This document shows positions 13,031 through 26,845 of a DNA stretch of 64,000 bases, in pieces. Position numbers and translations under genes: made by a program. Numbering within the stretch: the first letter of the stretch is position 1; each line of letters begins with the position of its first letter. This DNA comes from the human T2T-CHM13v2.0 reference genome, Homo sapiens. The stretch is from NCBI RefSeq assembly GCF_009914755.1, contig NC_060940.1. One strand, given 5' to 3'. The notes beneath the pieces are model-generated. The model was not told the origin of the DNA. It saw only the letters and a list, made by a program, of their open reading frames with translations, and made no database searches.

Positions 13031-14081
13031 TCAGAACTTCCCTCCTGTCTCTGGAGGCAGCGCCCTGAGGATGTGCTACAGTGCGGGGACAAGCCAGGTG
13101 GGGAGCTGCCCTGTAGTGAGGGCTGCAGTTTAGGGAAGCAGGTGCTGGCCCAGAGAACCCCTAAATTCTCTTTACTGTGGCACCTCGTTAGCACGATCCA
13201 TATCTAGCTTATTAACCCTACGGACTGACAACCTGCAGGGCTAATCTGCGGCAATCACCCTAAAAGGGTAGGAAATCAGTGAACACACAGTGTAGTAAAC
13301 AGCAGCCTCATCCTCACCGATCTGGAGGCGTATGTGCCTTTGCAAAACACGGAGGGGAAACCTCCCGTGTCGGAAACGGAAACCAAGGCTGAGAGCCTCC
13401 TGAAGGCTGAAGAGCTGCTACAGCAGGAGCTCCAGGGGCGCCCAGGCTCGGGCTGCACGACGAAGGCCACCCCGGGCAGGCAGCTCCTGGCTGGGGAGCT
13501 TGGAGTCCACCATCGGACGGTGTGGCCGCACGCATCCGTGGAAACAGAGCTCGGCCCCACGGAAGCACACGGCACTGCTCTAGAGAAGTTTCTTTTAGAA
13601 AAATGCTTTAAAAAAAAAAGGTGCTAAATTAGGTTTGGGTCAGACAGCTATAAACCAGGGCAGTTGGAGAAATCTAGAAGGATTCTACACACACGATTTT
13701 GCTCATCTGTTCCCCTTACACTGTGGACAGACAGTCCTGGGATATGTGGACCACTCATGGTTTGATGGGGGTATTTTATGTAAAGAAAGGGAATATTAAA
13801 CTCTAATCATGGAGCTCTTAAGCCCCTGGGCCGTATCAGGTCTGGGGAGGCTCGCTCAGTTCTCTCCGGGTCCCAGGCAAGCCCCAGGACCCAGCCCTGT
13901 GAAGTGAGGGAGTCCAGTCCAGGGTGTCGACCCAGCCGGCCTCCCGGCTCAGAGGTGCCCTCTGCTGGAGAATGCAGCCATGTGCTAGACACACCAGGGA
14001 CAGGTCCCTCCAGGGGCCTGGAGTGAGGTTTATGGAACACAGCAGAGTAAAATTTAAAATTCCTCAGTTCTCTTACAGATA

Positions 14082-14372
14082 GGCCAGGCATGGGGGCTCA
14101 CAGCTATAATCCCAGCACTTTGGGAAGCCAAGGCGTGAGGACTGCTTGAGGCCATGAGTTCAAACCAGCCTGGGCAACTTAGTAAGACCCCGTCTCTACA
14201 AAAAATAAAAAAATTAGCCAGGCATGGTGGCGTGCGCCTGCACCCGGAAGGCTGAGTTGGGAACATCGCTTGAGCCCAGGAGTTCAAAGCTTCAGTGAGT
14301 CGTGATCACGCCACTGCACTCCAGCCTGAGCAACAGAGCGAGACCCTATCTAAAAATAAAAATAACAATAAA
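14082..14372 (+). mobile_element. Alu (AluJ-like)
   Basis: Alu dimer with gcttgaggcc/gagcccaggagttcaa diagnostic positions and an A-rich tail. Confidence 0.9.
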
Positions 14373-14524
14373 ACCCAGCAAACAAGTTTACTTTGAAATA
14401 CTTTCCAAGAAACACTGATTTCTTCTCAGCAACAGGGAACCCCACTGGAGTGAGTGTGGCTGTGAACACCCCGAGCCCTGCAGAGCAGACGCGCACCCCA
14501 CGAGGCCACAGCCCATCCAACCCG

Positions 14525-15212
<688 letters not shown>

Positions 15213-15335
15213 TCAAGAGCCCAGGCCACCATCACGAGGTCCCTTTGCACAGGGCTTGTCCTCAGCACAGCCATGAGGCTGCGACCAGGCAGAGCCCCTT
15301 CCCTGCGCCAGGGACCACCCACAGGCCGGGCTCAC

Positions 15336-15506
15336 CTGGGCTGTTGGCAGACTCCTCGGCCGTCATCTGCATGAGAAGGGCCACCTGCTGGCGCTCGGAG
15401 AGGGGGTAGCCGGCTCGGATTCCAGACAGCCCCATGCCAAACAGCAGCCCGGCCTTCCGGGTGACAGGCTCCTTCTTAATCCTCTTCCGCTCAGGGCCCT
15501 GCTTCT
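15336..15506 (-). CDS. ANKRD11: ANKRD11 exon 5 (EKQGPERKRIKK...AEESANSP)
   Basis: Acceptor cctcacag|, donor CAG|gtgagc. 171 nt, phase 1-1. Core of ORF 15262..15546. Confidence 0.96.
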
Positions 15507-16003
15507 CTGTGAGGCGGGCGAGGGAGAGAGGGAGGAGAGATTTCATGCCATGGTGTCCTCCAAAGCTAGGTCCTTACCTAATGTTACGGAGCCCCCTGCG
15601 TCCACCTGACAGCTGACAGAGCAGAAAGGAAGGTCTGTGTATGGGGAAAGCACAGCGGTGCTGGGAGCATTGGTGCCGCCCACCTCACCTCTCAGCAGTG
15701 ACTGTGAGACCATTTAAACACCTCGTTACCAGCCCCTCAAGTCTGCTAAGCCTGGGCCTCCACCGAGCATCCACTCACTCCAGGCACCTCTCCTGGGCCT
15801 CCCCAGACCTCGTACCACACATGAATGCGGTGGGACAGCTTAGCACCGGTGACCTGGCTCACACAGGACAGGTCTCTGTTCAATACACGTGTCTGTAATT
15901 CAATTCCACCTTCCCCGTCCCTCCTCCAAACAGTGCAGATATAAAATGGCAGACACAGTTTAAAACACATCAGTAAATCAAGGCCAACTGGTCAGTACTG
16001 TAC

Positions 16004-16100
16004 CTTTCTTCTTGCTTCTAGGAACCTCCATCTCATGCCATGGTGCTTCGAGGAGCGTACCAGCCTTGCAGCACCACAACAGGGACTGGGCTGGAGGCAT
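16004..16100 (-). other. ANKRD11: Candidate 97-nt alternative cassette exon in intron 4 (PTC in main frame, own ATGs in frame with exon 5)
   Basis: tgttgatgccttcag|ATGCC acceptor and AAG|gtacag donor. GAA-rich 3' end (GAAGCAAGAAGAAAG). Confidence 0.55.
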
Positions 16101-17706
16101 CTGAAGGCATCAACACAGAGCACTAACAAGACACGGTGTGAGAGCTCGGCTGTTTCCACCTCAGCCTCCTCGTAACAAGCACACCCTGCACTCATCTGAC
16201 CCGTTACAGAACACTCGGCTGGCGTCTAACGCAACTCACGTGCTGTGTCTTTTAAAAGAGGCAGGAGGCAGGGGCGGGGAAGAGAAGACCCCAAGCACCA
16301 AGAGTCGGGGGCACAGAAGATGCCTCCTCCTCTGCCTGACCAGTGCCCTCCTGTGGATGGAAATCAGGGGCCAGACACCTCTGAATCCTCCTCCAGCTGC
16401 CCTGCGGGTTCTGGGGTTTTCTAGGTCATGGGGTGAAACTGCAGAGGTGCAGCGCAGAGGCAAGGCTCTGCCAAGGCCTGACTCGGGGAAGAAGGGCCAC
16501 CAGGAAGACGTGGGCCTCTGAAGCTCTCCTCTGAGGCACCTCCCTTCCCTTCCATTCAGCACTCCCAAGAAGCCTCTCTTCAGGACTTCTCCCTCGGCTG
16601 GTGTTTGATCCTACAGAGGTGGGAGACATCTCTAACAACGGACTAACTGGATCCCACACCTGCCCGGTCACTGGAACACAGAACGGTCTTAACTAGTCTC
16701 TCAGCTCAGCTCCCAGGGCCCGACTCTCTTGCTGTTCACCACCATGGTCCCCGTGAATGTGCCCGTCGATTTCCTAAGAGGACGCTGCCCACCCACTCTA
16801 GTTCTTTCCAAGGTATCTGAGGCTGATTTCTTAGGAATTCGGTCTGGGGCATGCTGAGAATGTGGATTCGTATGTCCTATGGGACAAGCCTGCAGGAAGG
16901 CACACACCTGGCCACATCGACCTGCGTCACACTCATGGGCAAAACCCCAAGTACTGCAGGCTGCCATCGCCACCACCAGCTAGTCTGTAAACAGTCCTCA
17001 ACGCACAGATCTGAGAAAGCACTTGAGCTTTGGCCCCAGCCCCTCATAGAACCTGGCAAACACGGTGGTTGGGGAGGCAGCCTCGCCACCGGCCAATGAG
17101 CCCCAGCCTACAGCCATCATTGGCGTAGCCACACCTTAGCAGTGAGCTTGGGTCACAGGCGCTTGGCTGTGGGTCTCTGCGTGCGCCCCATGCTTTCCCT
17201 GCACCCTCCATGCTGCCCGGGGGCCGGCCCTCCCCAGGCTTGCTTCTCATAGCCACCTCTAAACAACAGAAGCAGGCCTGCGGCTGCCTCCCTCTAGGAA
17301 AGAGGCGACGAAGCTGCTGGAGAAACCCCAGCTCCCCCACCGATAGCCCTCAAGTCCTCCTCTCTCCAGGAGGGGCCCACACTCACCGAGCAGCTGGTCT
17401 GCCCACAGTCGCCTGGAGAAGCAGCTGAGAACCTCTGCAGGGCCCTGATCCCCAAGACCTAGCCACGCACATTCAGAGGCCTGCTCCCTCCGTCACCCAG
17501 AGCAGGGGGGTTAATGTTTTGGAGACACGAAGCCCCCTGAGAACACGAGGAAAGCAGAATCCCCGAGATACACAGACTTTGCAAAGCTGCACACAGCACA
17601 GGAGACTCCTGGGAGCAGACGGCATCTCCTTATTCCATTGACCATCAGAAGTGAAAAGCGAGTGGGCCCCACTTCTGTGCTGCATGTGGCCACTAGGGGT
17701 GGACAC

Positions 17707-18078
17707 AGGGAGGAGCTGGGGCAGAGTTGGGGTTGCGGAGGGAGGAGCTGGGGCAGAGTTGGGGTTGCGGAGGGAGGAGCTGGGGCAGAGTTGTGGCTGC
17801 GGAGGGAGGAGCTGGGGCAGAGTTGGGGCTGCAGAGCGAGGAGGCGGGGTGGTGTTGGGGCTGCGGAGGGAGGAGCTGGGGCGGTATTGGGGCTGCGGAG
17901 GGAGGAGCTGGGGCGGTGTTGGGGCTGCGGAGGGGAGGAGGCGGGGTGGTATTGGGGCTGCAGAGGGAGGAGCTGGGGCAGAGTTGGGGCTGCGGAGGGA
18001 GGAGCTGGGGCAGAGGTGGGGCTGCGGAGGGAGGAGCTGGGGCGGTGTTGGGAGGAGCTGGGGCGGTGTTGGGGCTGC
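17707..18078. repeat. Minisatellite, ~32 bp unit GGAGGGAGGAGCTGGGGCAGAGTTGGGGCTGC, ~11 copies
   Basis: Tandem periodicity, with a 32-aa period in the overlapping ORF translations. Confidence 0.95.
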
Positions 18079-20004
18079 AGTATGTTTACATCCCGAAGTG
18101 CAGGCGTTGCCATGCTCTTAAGTTATCAAAGGACCCTAGGAGGCGTGTGTCAGAGGAACAGGCAGAGGCAAAGGCGTTCCTTAGAAGTCAGTCTTTAGGC
18201 TGGCAGGCCAGGAGCCCACGCTGCGTCCCCGCTCTGAGGGGCAGCAAAGAGCTGCTTTGTGGCAAACAGAACATGTCCCACTCCTGCAGGGCGGCCATCT
18301 CAGGTGCAGCTCACACCCAACATGTGCAGAATGGGCAGGACTCGGTGCCCCCAGAGACTTCCTGGGTGGGCTCCAGGGCCTGAGCCTCAGGGTCAGGGCC
18401 ACATCCCTCCCGCTCCCCACCAGGCCCTCCCTCTGCTTCTGCTCTGAGCTTTGGTGAAGAAAGCCTGAGTTGGCTTCCCTTACGCGGCCAGGACAGCTTT
18501 ACAGGGCTGGCTCCCAGCAATTCGCATGGAAGGTGCTGCCAACCTCCTGGTGAATTCTGGTGCCTGGAGCCACCACAGGGACCTTGCTCTGCCCCACACT
18601 CAGGAAAAGCTTGCTCCCAGGAAGCAGCAACTTTTCACCCAGCTCTCCCTGTCCTGAAACAGGACTTTTTACTTGTCCTGACACCAAAAAAGTCCAATAT
18701 GAAACCAGATCTCCCAGGATGCCAATCTCTCCACTGTGAAACAAGCACCTGCAGCTACGAGCATCTACAACGCCCACAACACGCGCCAGACACCACCCAA
18801 GCTCCGGAGCCCAGCAAACTTGCACGTCTGTCAGCTCTGAGACACTGGCCACTCCAGTGGCTTCTGGGGTAGAGGGAAAGCCCCACCCACGGAGCGAGAC
18901 CCCCATGTGCCACAGCCCATGGCTCAACAATGCCTGCTCTCCATTCCAACCCAGCGACACCATGGTCTGAGAGCAGCTGAGCGGGTCCTTGACGTGCACA
19001 CACACAGCCCGTACCTGTACCTGCACTGTCAGGCACCACACAAGTGGGTCCCGCACTGCCTGCCTGCCTGCCCCTCCTACCCCAGGCCTGGGATGACCTG
19101 GAGCTGTGTGCCCCTGAGAAACGCTCCTCTGAGAGGAGAGGCTGCAAAACCTGCTCCCTGCCCTCCACACAGTGCAGAGCGCAGGAGGCGCGGGGTGTTG
19201 TCTGCAGGTAAGAAAAGGGTGAGAGCATCTGGAGCTACCCCTAGGACAGCCAGCAAGTTCCTGTAGCATTCTGCAAATTTCCTGTTTCTACCGTCCAAAT
19301 GGAAGCCAAATACAATTTCTATGAATTCCAAATGGTATTCACCAAGTTGCAAAGTGGAAAACTGGCAAGTCTAGGGACTAAGTGCGGCTACAGCACCACA
19401 GACAGATGTGGCCCTGGGTGCCTCTGACCCCGGGGTGGGGGTGGGAGCCACTCCACAGCACTCAGAAGCCCCCTTCCACCCCTGCCCTGCAGTCGGAACA
19501 CGGCCTGCAGGCTCTGAGGGCTTTGTGGGCTCAGGCAGCCTGGGGCTGAGGGCAGAGGTCCAGGGAGAGCGGTGGAGGGTGCCAGGAGAGGCTGTGTCTT
19601 CCCAAGTCAAGCATGTTGGCGGTGGCACCTGTGTCCGCTGACCTGAGCCTGGGCGGCCACCCACCTCATCTTTAAGAAACAAGGCCCGTAGGGCCTTTCT
19701 TCAAACCACATCCACCTCGCCAGCCCTCTGAGGCTGGCAGCACACCTCACTACCCAGCTGGCCAGTGGAAGATTCCACGGAACCCTCTCCTCCTCAGCAC
19801 AGAGCTGAGACCCCTCCATGAGCCCCATGCCCCTTCCTGGTGCTGGTGCTGCTGGAGCACGGCCTTGGCCTGGGGCAGCAGGGGCCACAGTGGACAATGC
19901 TTTTGGGAGCTGGAGCCCACTTCCTGCCCCTGCATCCAGCCATGGCCTTTCTGAGGCAGCAGAGACTGGAGGCGAGCGTCCCGAGGCAAACGGCGGTGGC
20001 ACCT

Positions 20005-20245
20005 GGCTCTGTGCAGGTGGGATGGGGGGGATGTGACGCGCCTGGGGGTGCCCTGTGCTGGTGGGATCGGAGCGGGGGCTGTGACCTTCCCGAGGGGTGC
20101 TCTGTGCAGGTGGGATCGGAGGGGGGATGCGACCTTCCTTGGGGTGCTCTGTGCAGGTGGGATGTGGGGGGCCTGCAACCTTCCTGGGGGTGCTCTGTGC
20201 AGGTGGGATTGGGGGGGGCTGTGAACCGCCTGGGGGTGCTCTGCA
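20005..20245. repeat. Degenerate minisatellite, ~46 bp unit with core CTCTGTGCAGGTGGGAT, ~5 copies
   Basis: Core recurs near 20007, 20051, 20100, 20146 and 20193. Confidence 0.85.
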
Positions 20246-20267
20246 GGGAGTGTCTTCTCTATCTGGC

Positions 20268-20450
<183 letters not shown>

Positions 20451-23400
20451 TAACATCCTCCCTTTGCTGTTCTGAAAACTTCACGTCAGAGTCATATTTA
20501 AATGTGTAATTACTGCTCTTTCTCCTGCTTATAATTCATTATACTTTTTGAATTTGAGGCTTGTGTTTTTATGAACCTTGAAAAGCCCTCTGCTGCCGGC
20601 CTCTGGAGCCACCGTCTCCCTGCCCTGCTCTCTCCTCTGCCGAGGTGCCTGTTAAGCTGCATTCTCTCCTCCACAGCTCCCCGCTTCCTGCAGGCTTCCT
20701 GTCTCACTTTCTTTCTGTGCTCCAGAGTCTAGGCAATCTCTTTTGTTAGAACTTCCAATTCACCAATACTTTCTTATGTTGTGTCTAATAAGCTACATCA
20801 TCTGCTCACTGGGTTTTTTATTTCAGTGATTATAGTTTTCATTTCCAGATATTCCATATGCCTTAAAAACATCTGCATGATACTCCATGGTTTTAACTCC
20901 CCTGATGAATACTGTGCATTTAACCATCCCAGCACGTGAGGTCCCTGGGGCTGACCCCTGCTGACCCTCTCAGAACAGCTTTCTTCCTCAACGTCTTGTA
21001 ATTCCAACCAGGCTCTTCGTCTGTCTACACTCTGGGAGCCGGAAGGCCGGGATGAGGAAGGTGTGTCTCTCCAGGGAGGGTTTGCTTTTGCTGTGGTGGG
21101 GGCCCCAGGGAGTGTGGGGCACTTCCAGCAGCATAAAACAGCACAAATCCAAATGCCAGCCCCACCAGAGGGCAGGAATGGGTCAGAAGTCTCATTGGTG
21201 ACCTCTCAAAGCCCCTCATCCCTCCTCAGCACCTGTCCCTCTTAGCTGGGGGGACAGTGTCTACCCTGATAGCCCAGTGTCCAGGAAGTGTGGCCCTCTC
21301 GAGGGGACAAGCTTTCCGTGGGGTCTGGGCCCAAAGCCCCTTCCTCTACCTCCCTGGGAGGTCTGAAGCTGGGCTCCAAGGCAGAGACCCTGAGGTTGGG
21401 CCCCAGGGACGTGGAGGTGTGTGGCCTCAGCTGCTCATCTGAACAAATGCCTTTTGTATCAATCATTTAGCACCTCTAATTTCTAGGCTTTTCTAGCAAG
21501 AGTCTTTTAGGAGACACAGGCCACGATACTGTCAACATAGGAAAATGTGCAACTCCTGCGTCCCACCGTAAAACTCGAAGACGTCAAAATACATTCTTGA
21601 TTCTGCTCCACAAAGGGATGTTTCCATGGCGATATTTTCAAACAACAGAAAGTTCACGGCCGATGGCGGTTACAGCTCATGGAACTGATGGGCAGGGCCG
21701 GGTGCAGCTTTGTAGCACGGCTGCTGCTCACAGATTCTCTTCCATTTGACTAAAAACCATGCTGTCCACACCAAACATCTGGCCTCATCCGGATGTTCAA
21801 AGCCATGAAATACAGCACTTCTGGCCAAGAAGTCTAAATCACAGCCGATCTACACGAGGCGGATGGTCCACAACGCCAAGTTCCTACCCGGGCACTGAGC
21901 TCAACGCTCGCACAACTCCAAACGAGGGCGCAACCATATTCCCACTGACATCCTCCTTGGGGCAGCAAGACAAGCTCCGAACAGCCTGTCCTGGGCCAAC
22001 AAGAGAAGCTGGCGGGCGCCCGCTGAGCACTGTGAGCCATCTTGTGGTGAGACTGGCTTCTCCTTCCAATCTCCAGGTTTCTCTCTCTTTCTGCCTTCTT
22101 TCTGTCAGTTACCGTCATTGATCACTTAAAGAAAGACAGGGCCTACCCCTGTCTGCTGCGTGACCTCAGCCCTCCCGCCTGCCGATGGGAGCTGGGTCAT
22201 CTCTTACGCCTTTCAGCTTTGGCTTCTTCCGCAGTGTATGTGAAGGGGTCACACAGAGGTAAGGCTGTGCGTCCAGCCCTTGCCTGCACAACCTCCATGC
22301 CTTCCCCATCTCCAGGCCGGGGTGGGGTAGGGGTAGGGTGGGGTGGGGCGGAAGGACCAGTTCCACAGGAAGCCTGTGGAGGCAAACAGGGTTATGTGGC
22401 AAGGGTGGGAAGGAGCAGGGCCTGAGCCCCATGGTGGTTTCACCAGCATCCAGCGGTCACCATGGTGAACAAGAAGCCAGGAAGGAAGGAAGCAATGTCG
22501 GCAAAAGGGCTCAGATGACAACCAAACAGAACGGTTTCCCACCCTGGGCCTCCTTTCCACACACACAGCATCGTGGGTATTTTAAAATAAACAAGATCAA
22601 CGTCCAAACCTGCGCTGAGGCCTGAGCTGTGTCCGTCACTCCTGCAGGGCACAGGCCTGCCTGGCCGAATGCATGGGCGGTGAGAGCACAGGGCTGGGGG
22701 GACCCCTCTGTCGAGGGGCCACAGCTCCTCACACAGCAGAGCTTTATGGATGAAAGGGCTGAGAGGCACAGACAGGCTGAGAAATGGGCCCAAAGTCCCA
22801 CAGCATGGAGCCAGGAGGTAGCAGACGGCCCCTGCCCGCCCCCCTCACTTGGCTGACTGCTCCCACGGCAGCCACCACCTTTATCCTGAGTCCCGGGGTC
22901 CTCCATCAAATCGCTGAGCCTCGGGTGGTCTTGTGGACCCCAGCTTGTCTGTGTTGTGTTGACAACATGGGCCTGGCTACCGGCCTAAGTGCACTTCTGA
23001 GGGGTGTCAGGGAAGCCTTTGCTGCGGCTTGGGGATTACAGAATTTTAAACAGCAAGAACCTTCCCTTTGCTAGTCCAAGCTTCCCTTTGTATGAGAAAC
23101 TGCTTACGTCTAGAGAGGAAAAATGGTTGAGAAATAGGAGGACCAGAGACCAATCACGCGGAGTTCTTAATCATGTGAAAATATTTTATTTTGACGTGCT
23201 TTTTCTTGAGTGCCTGAATGTGGTGGCTCTTAGGGTAACCCCAGAATCCTCACTGCGGCAACAAGACCTGGCCACCACCCTCACCTCGACCACCACGGCC
23301 TTCGCTGCAGCCCCACTCTGACTCCCCGGGGGCTGCTCACGTGCCAGCACCCACTGGCCAAGCATCCTCCGGCAGGACCCAAGTCCTCTGTATTCAGAGG

Positions 23401-23584
23401 CCGACCCTGCTTTCCAGAGACTCACGAGGTGGCAGAGAGTCAGGCTGTGGCAGGGGCCCCTGTGTATCGAGGAGAGGAGGAAGAGTCTGCAGAGGTTTCT
23501 AGGGAAGGAGATAGTGTGGAAGTGACTGTGGCTCTGGTCCTGCCTGGGAGGAGATCTACAGGGGAGGGGCCTGGCCTTGGGCTG

Positions 23585-24560
23585 GCCCTGCCCTGCGTGG
23601 GATCTGTGCCCTGCGTGGGATCCCTGCCCTGTGTGGGGTGCGTGGGGTCTGTGCCCTGTGTGGGGTGCCTGCCCTGTGTGGGGTGTGTGGGGTCTGTGCC
23701 CTGTGTGGGGTGCCTGCCCTGTGTGGGATGCATGGGGTCTGTGCCCTGTGTGAGGTGCCTGCCCTGTGTGGGGTGTGTGGGGTCTGTGCCCTGTGTGGGG
23801 TGCGTGGGGTCTGTGCCCTGTGTGGGGTGCTTGGGGTCTGTGCCCTGTGTGAGCTGCCTGCCCCGTGTGGGGTGCGTGGGGTCTGTGCCCTGTGTGGGGT
23901 GCCTGCCCTGTGTGGGATGCATGGGGTCTGTGCCCTGTGTGAGGTGCCTGCCCTGTGTGGGGTGCGTGGGGTCTGTGCCCTGTGTGGGATGCCTGCCCTG
24001 TGTGGGGTGCCTGCCCTGTGTGGGATGCGTGGGGTCTGTGCCTTGTGTGGGGTGCCTGCCCTGTGTGGGGTGCGTGGGGTCTGTGCCCTGTGTGGGGTAC
24101 CTGCCCTGTGTGGGCTGCGTGGGGTCTGTGCCCTGTGTGGGGTGCCTGCCCTGTGTGGGGTGTGTGGGGTCTGTACCCTGTGTGGGGTGCGTGGGGTCTG
24201 TGCCCTGTGTGGGGTGCCTGCCCTGTGTGTGGTGCATGGGGTCTGTGCCCTGTGTGAGGTGCCTGCCCTGTGTGGGGTGTGTGGGGTCTGTGCCCTGTGT
24301 GGGGTGCCTGCCCTGTGTGGGATGCGTGGGGTCTGTGCCCTGTGTGAGGTGCCTGCCCTGTGTGGGGTGCGTGGGGTCTGTGCCCTGTGTGGGGTGCCTG
24401 CCCTGTGTGGGGTGCGTGCGGTCTGTGCCCTGTGTGGGGTGCCTGCCCTGTGTGGGGTGCGTGGGGTCTGTGCCCTGTGTGGGGTGCCTGCCCTGTGTGG
24501 GGTGTGTGGGGTCTGTGCCCTGTGTGGGGTGCCTGACCTGTGTGGGGTGCGTGGGGTCTG
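23585..24560. repeat. Modular minisatellite of 9- and 18-bp blocks (45- and 27-bp super-units)
   Basis: Blocks GTGGGGTCT, GTGCCCTGTGTGGGGTGC and CTGCCCTGTGTGGGGTGC. Translates as (VGS VPCVGC LPCVGC)n. Confidence 0.97.
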
Positions 24561-24742
24561 CTACACGCTTGGTGAGAAACTGCATCAGGGCTTCCCGCCG
24601 TGTGTTGCTAACATCCCCACACACGTGAGTGCCTTGGGACCCTCGTCAACACACTGAGCTGAGGCCACTGGTCCACGGCACACTGCAGTGCACATGCCCT
24701 TCCTGGCCAGAGGCTCCCAGGGGCGCCATGCTCTCCAGGCAC

Positions 24743-24978
24743 CTGCCCCGCCTGCGAGCACAGCCTGGCCCCTGCTGCACTCTGCTCTCTCTGCCCGCTC
24801 GGGTCCACTGCAGCTGAGCGGGTGGGAGAAGCCTCTTCAACTTCACACACTTGTCGCCTCTAGCACTGGGCAAGGTCTGGCATTCAGAGTTCCAAGAAGT
24901 CCCACAGATACCAGTGGCTAAGTCTGTCTTCCCTCCAGGAATGGGGAAGCAGGAGCCGTCAGAACAGCCGTCTCCTAT
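24743..24978 (-). other. ANKRD11: Candidate alternative or terminal exon in intron 4 (adds DRRRLF* after exon 4); 3' end uncertain
   Basis: tcttttcctgacgtcatgtttgttcctggtgcctcag|ATAGGAGACGG, with branch-like ctgac. Possible donors at 24912 or 24743. Confidence 0.4.
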
Positions 24979-25394
24979 CTGAGGCACCAGGAACAAACAT
25001 GACGTCAGGAAAAGACTGAAGGTGCCAAGCACCTAACGCTGAAGGAACCAGCATGTGCCTGGCAGCACTGCAGAGAGCACACCCCAGGCACCAGAGACCA
25101 GGGTGTCATTCACAGGTCAAAGCAAAATAAGAAAATCATAATTTTTCCCCTTGTTCCAAAGAAACATCCACGTGCAGAGGGCAGGCAGCTTCGGCCCATG
25201 GCGCTCCTGACGAGGGCTCCCTCGTGGCTGCCCCAGGACAAGCAGGACCCCGGCGGTCCTAGGCAGGGAGAAGCGAGACTCAGGGTCACAGACGAAGGCG
25301 CAGGAGAAACAGCGGGGCAGGAGGCTCCCCAGAACCCCAGGGAGGCCAGGCAATGATGCACAGCAACCTCAAAAACATTCGCTGGGTGACTGAT

Positions 25395-25560
25395 TATTTA
25401 TTTATCTATTTTATTTTTTATGGACAGGGTCTCACTCTGTCGCCCAGGCTGGAGGGCAGTGGCGCAATCACGGCTCACTGCAGCCTTGACCTCCTAGCCT
25501 CAAGGGATCCTCCCGCCAAAGTGCTGGAAGGGTGAAGGGTGTGAGCCACTGTGCCTGGCT
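25395..25560 (-). mobile_element. Alu monomer or partial AluJ
   Basis: (TTTA)n tail, acagggtctcactctgtcgcccaggctgg...gtgagccactgtgcctggc. Confidence 0.85.
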
Positions 25561-26440
25561 ACTTTTAGATTTTTTAAGTTTTGGGAAACCTTACACATAT
25601 AAAAAAGTAGACAAAGTAGTATCATTTGAAGCAAATCCCAGATATCATATAATTTAATATGAATGCTTTCAGTGATAAGGCTTTTTAAACTGAGACCACC
25701 CTTGAGGTGGTAGAGGACAGACTTCAAAAGCAGATACAAGAGGCCCCGGGCAGACAGGGCAGGCAGAGCAGGGCAGGCAAGATGGGCTAGAAGTCCCAGG
25801 GCAAGCTGGTCTGAGAGGGCTCGGTGGGCAGAGCTGTCTTGGGGCCGGGACATGGCAGGTGCCTTCCCACTCCTTGCTGCACCCACAGCCCTTACAGAGG
25901 CCTGGTCCTAGGACGGGCTCTTGCCCAGCGCTCTGGAAGACACAGAGGTGATGCTGTCACATGCTCACGTCTGCCTGGACAGCCTCCAGGCTGCTGTGCA
26001 GGGACCACGCGGATGCACAGCCTCGGGGACTGCTTTAAACTGGGCTGATTCACAACAGACAGAATCACATTGTTCTTGGCAGGCGGCCCCCAGCCCTGAC
26101 TAAGCACCGCAGAGGCCACATCTCCATGGCACTGGACCGCGGGCAGGGCCGACTCAACCCTGCATCTGGGAGGCGGGAAGCCATCCCCACAGCAACATGG
26201 AGGTCTCTGAGGGAGACGTGCCAGCCTCTGCCACTTGGACACAGCCAAGGCATCCGGCACGGTGGTGACCCTGCATCCCTCCCACCATAGCAAGGGGCAC
26301 CCACACCCCTCCAGAGAGGCCTGACTGCTGGGGACCAGAGAAGAGTCTCTTGTCTGTCACGTGTCAGTTAACCCTGCACCAATGTTTCTCTTCTCATCCC
26401 TGCTGGTGTGCGCCTCTCCCTCCACCCCACTCATTTCTGA

Positions 26441-26845
<405 letters not shown>

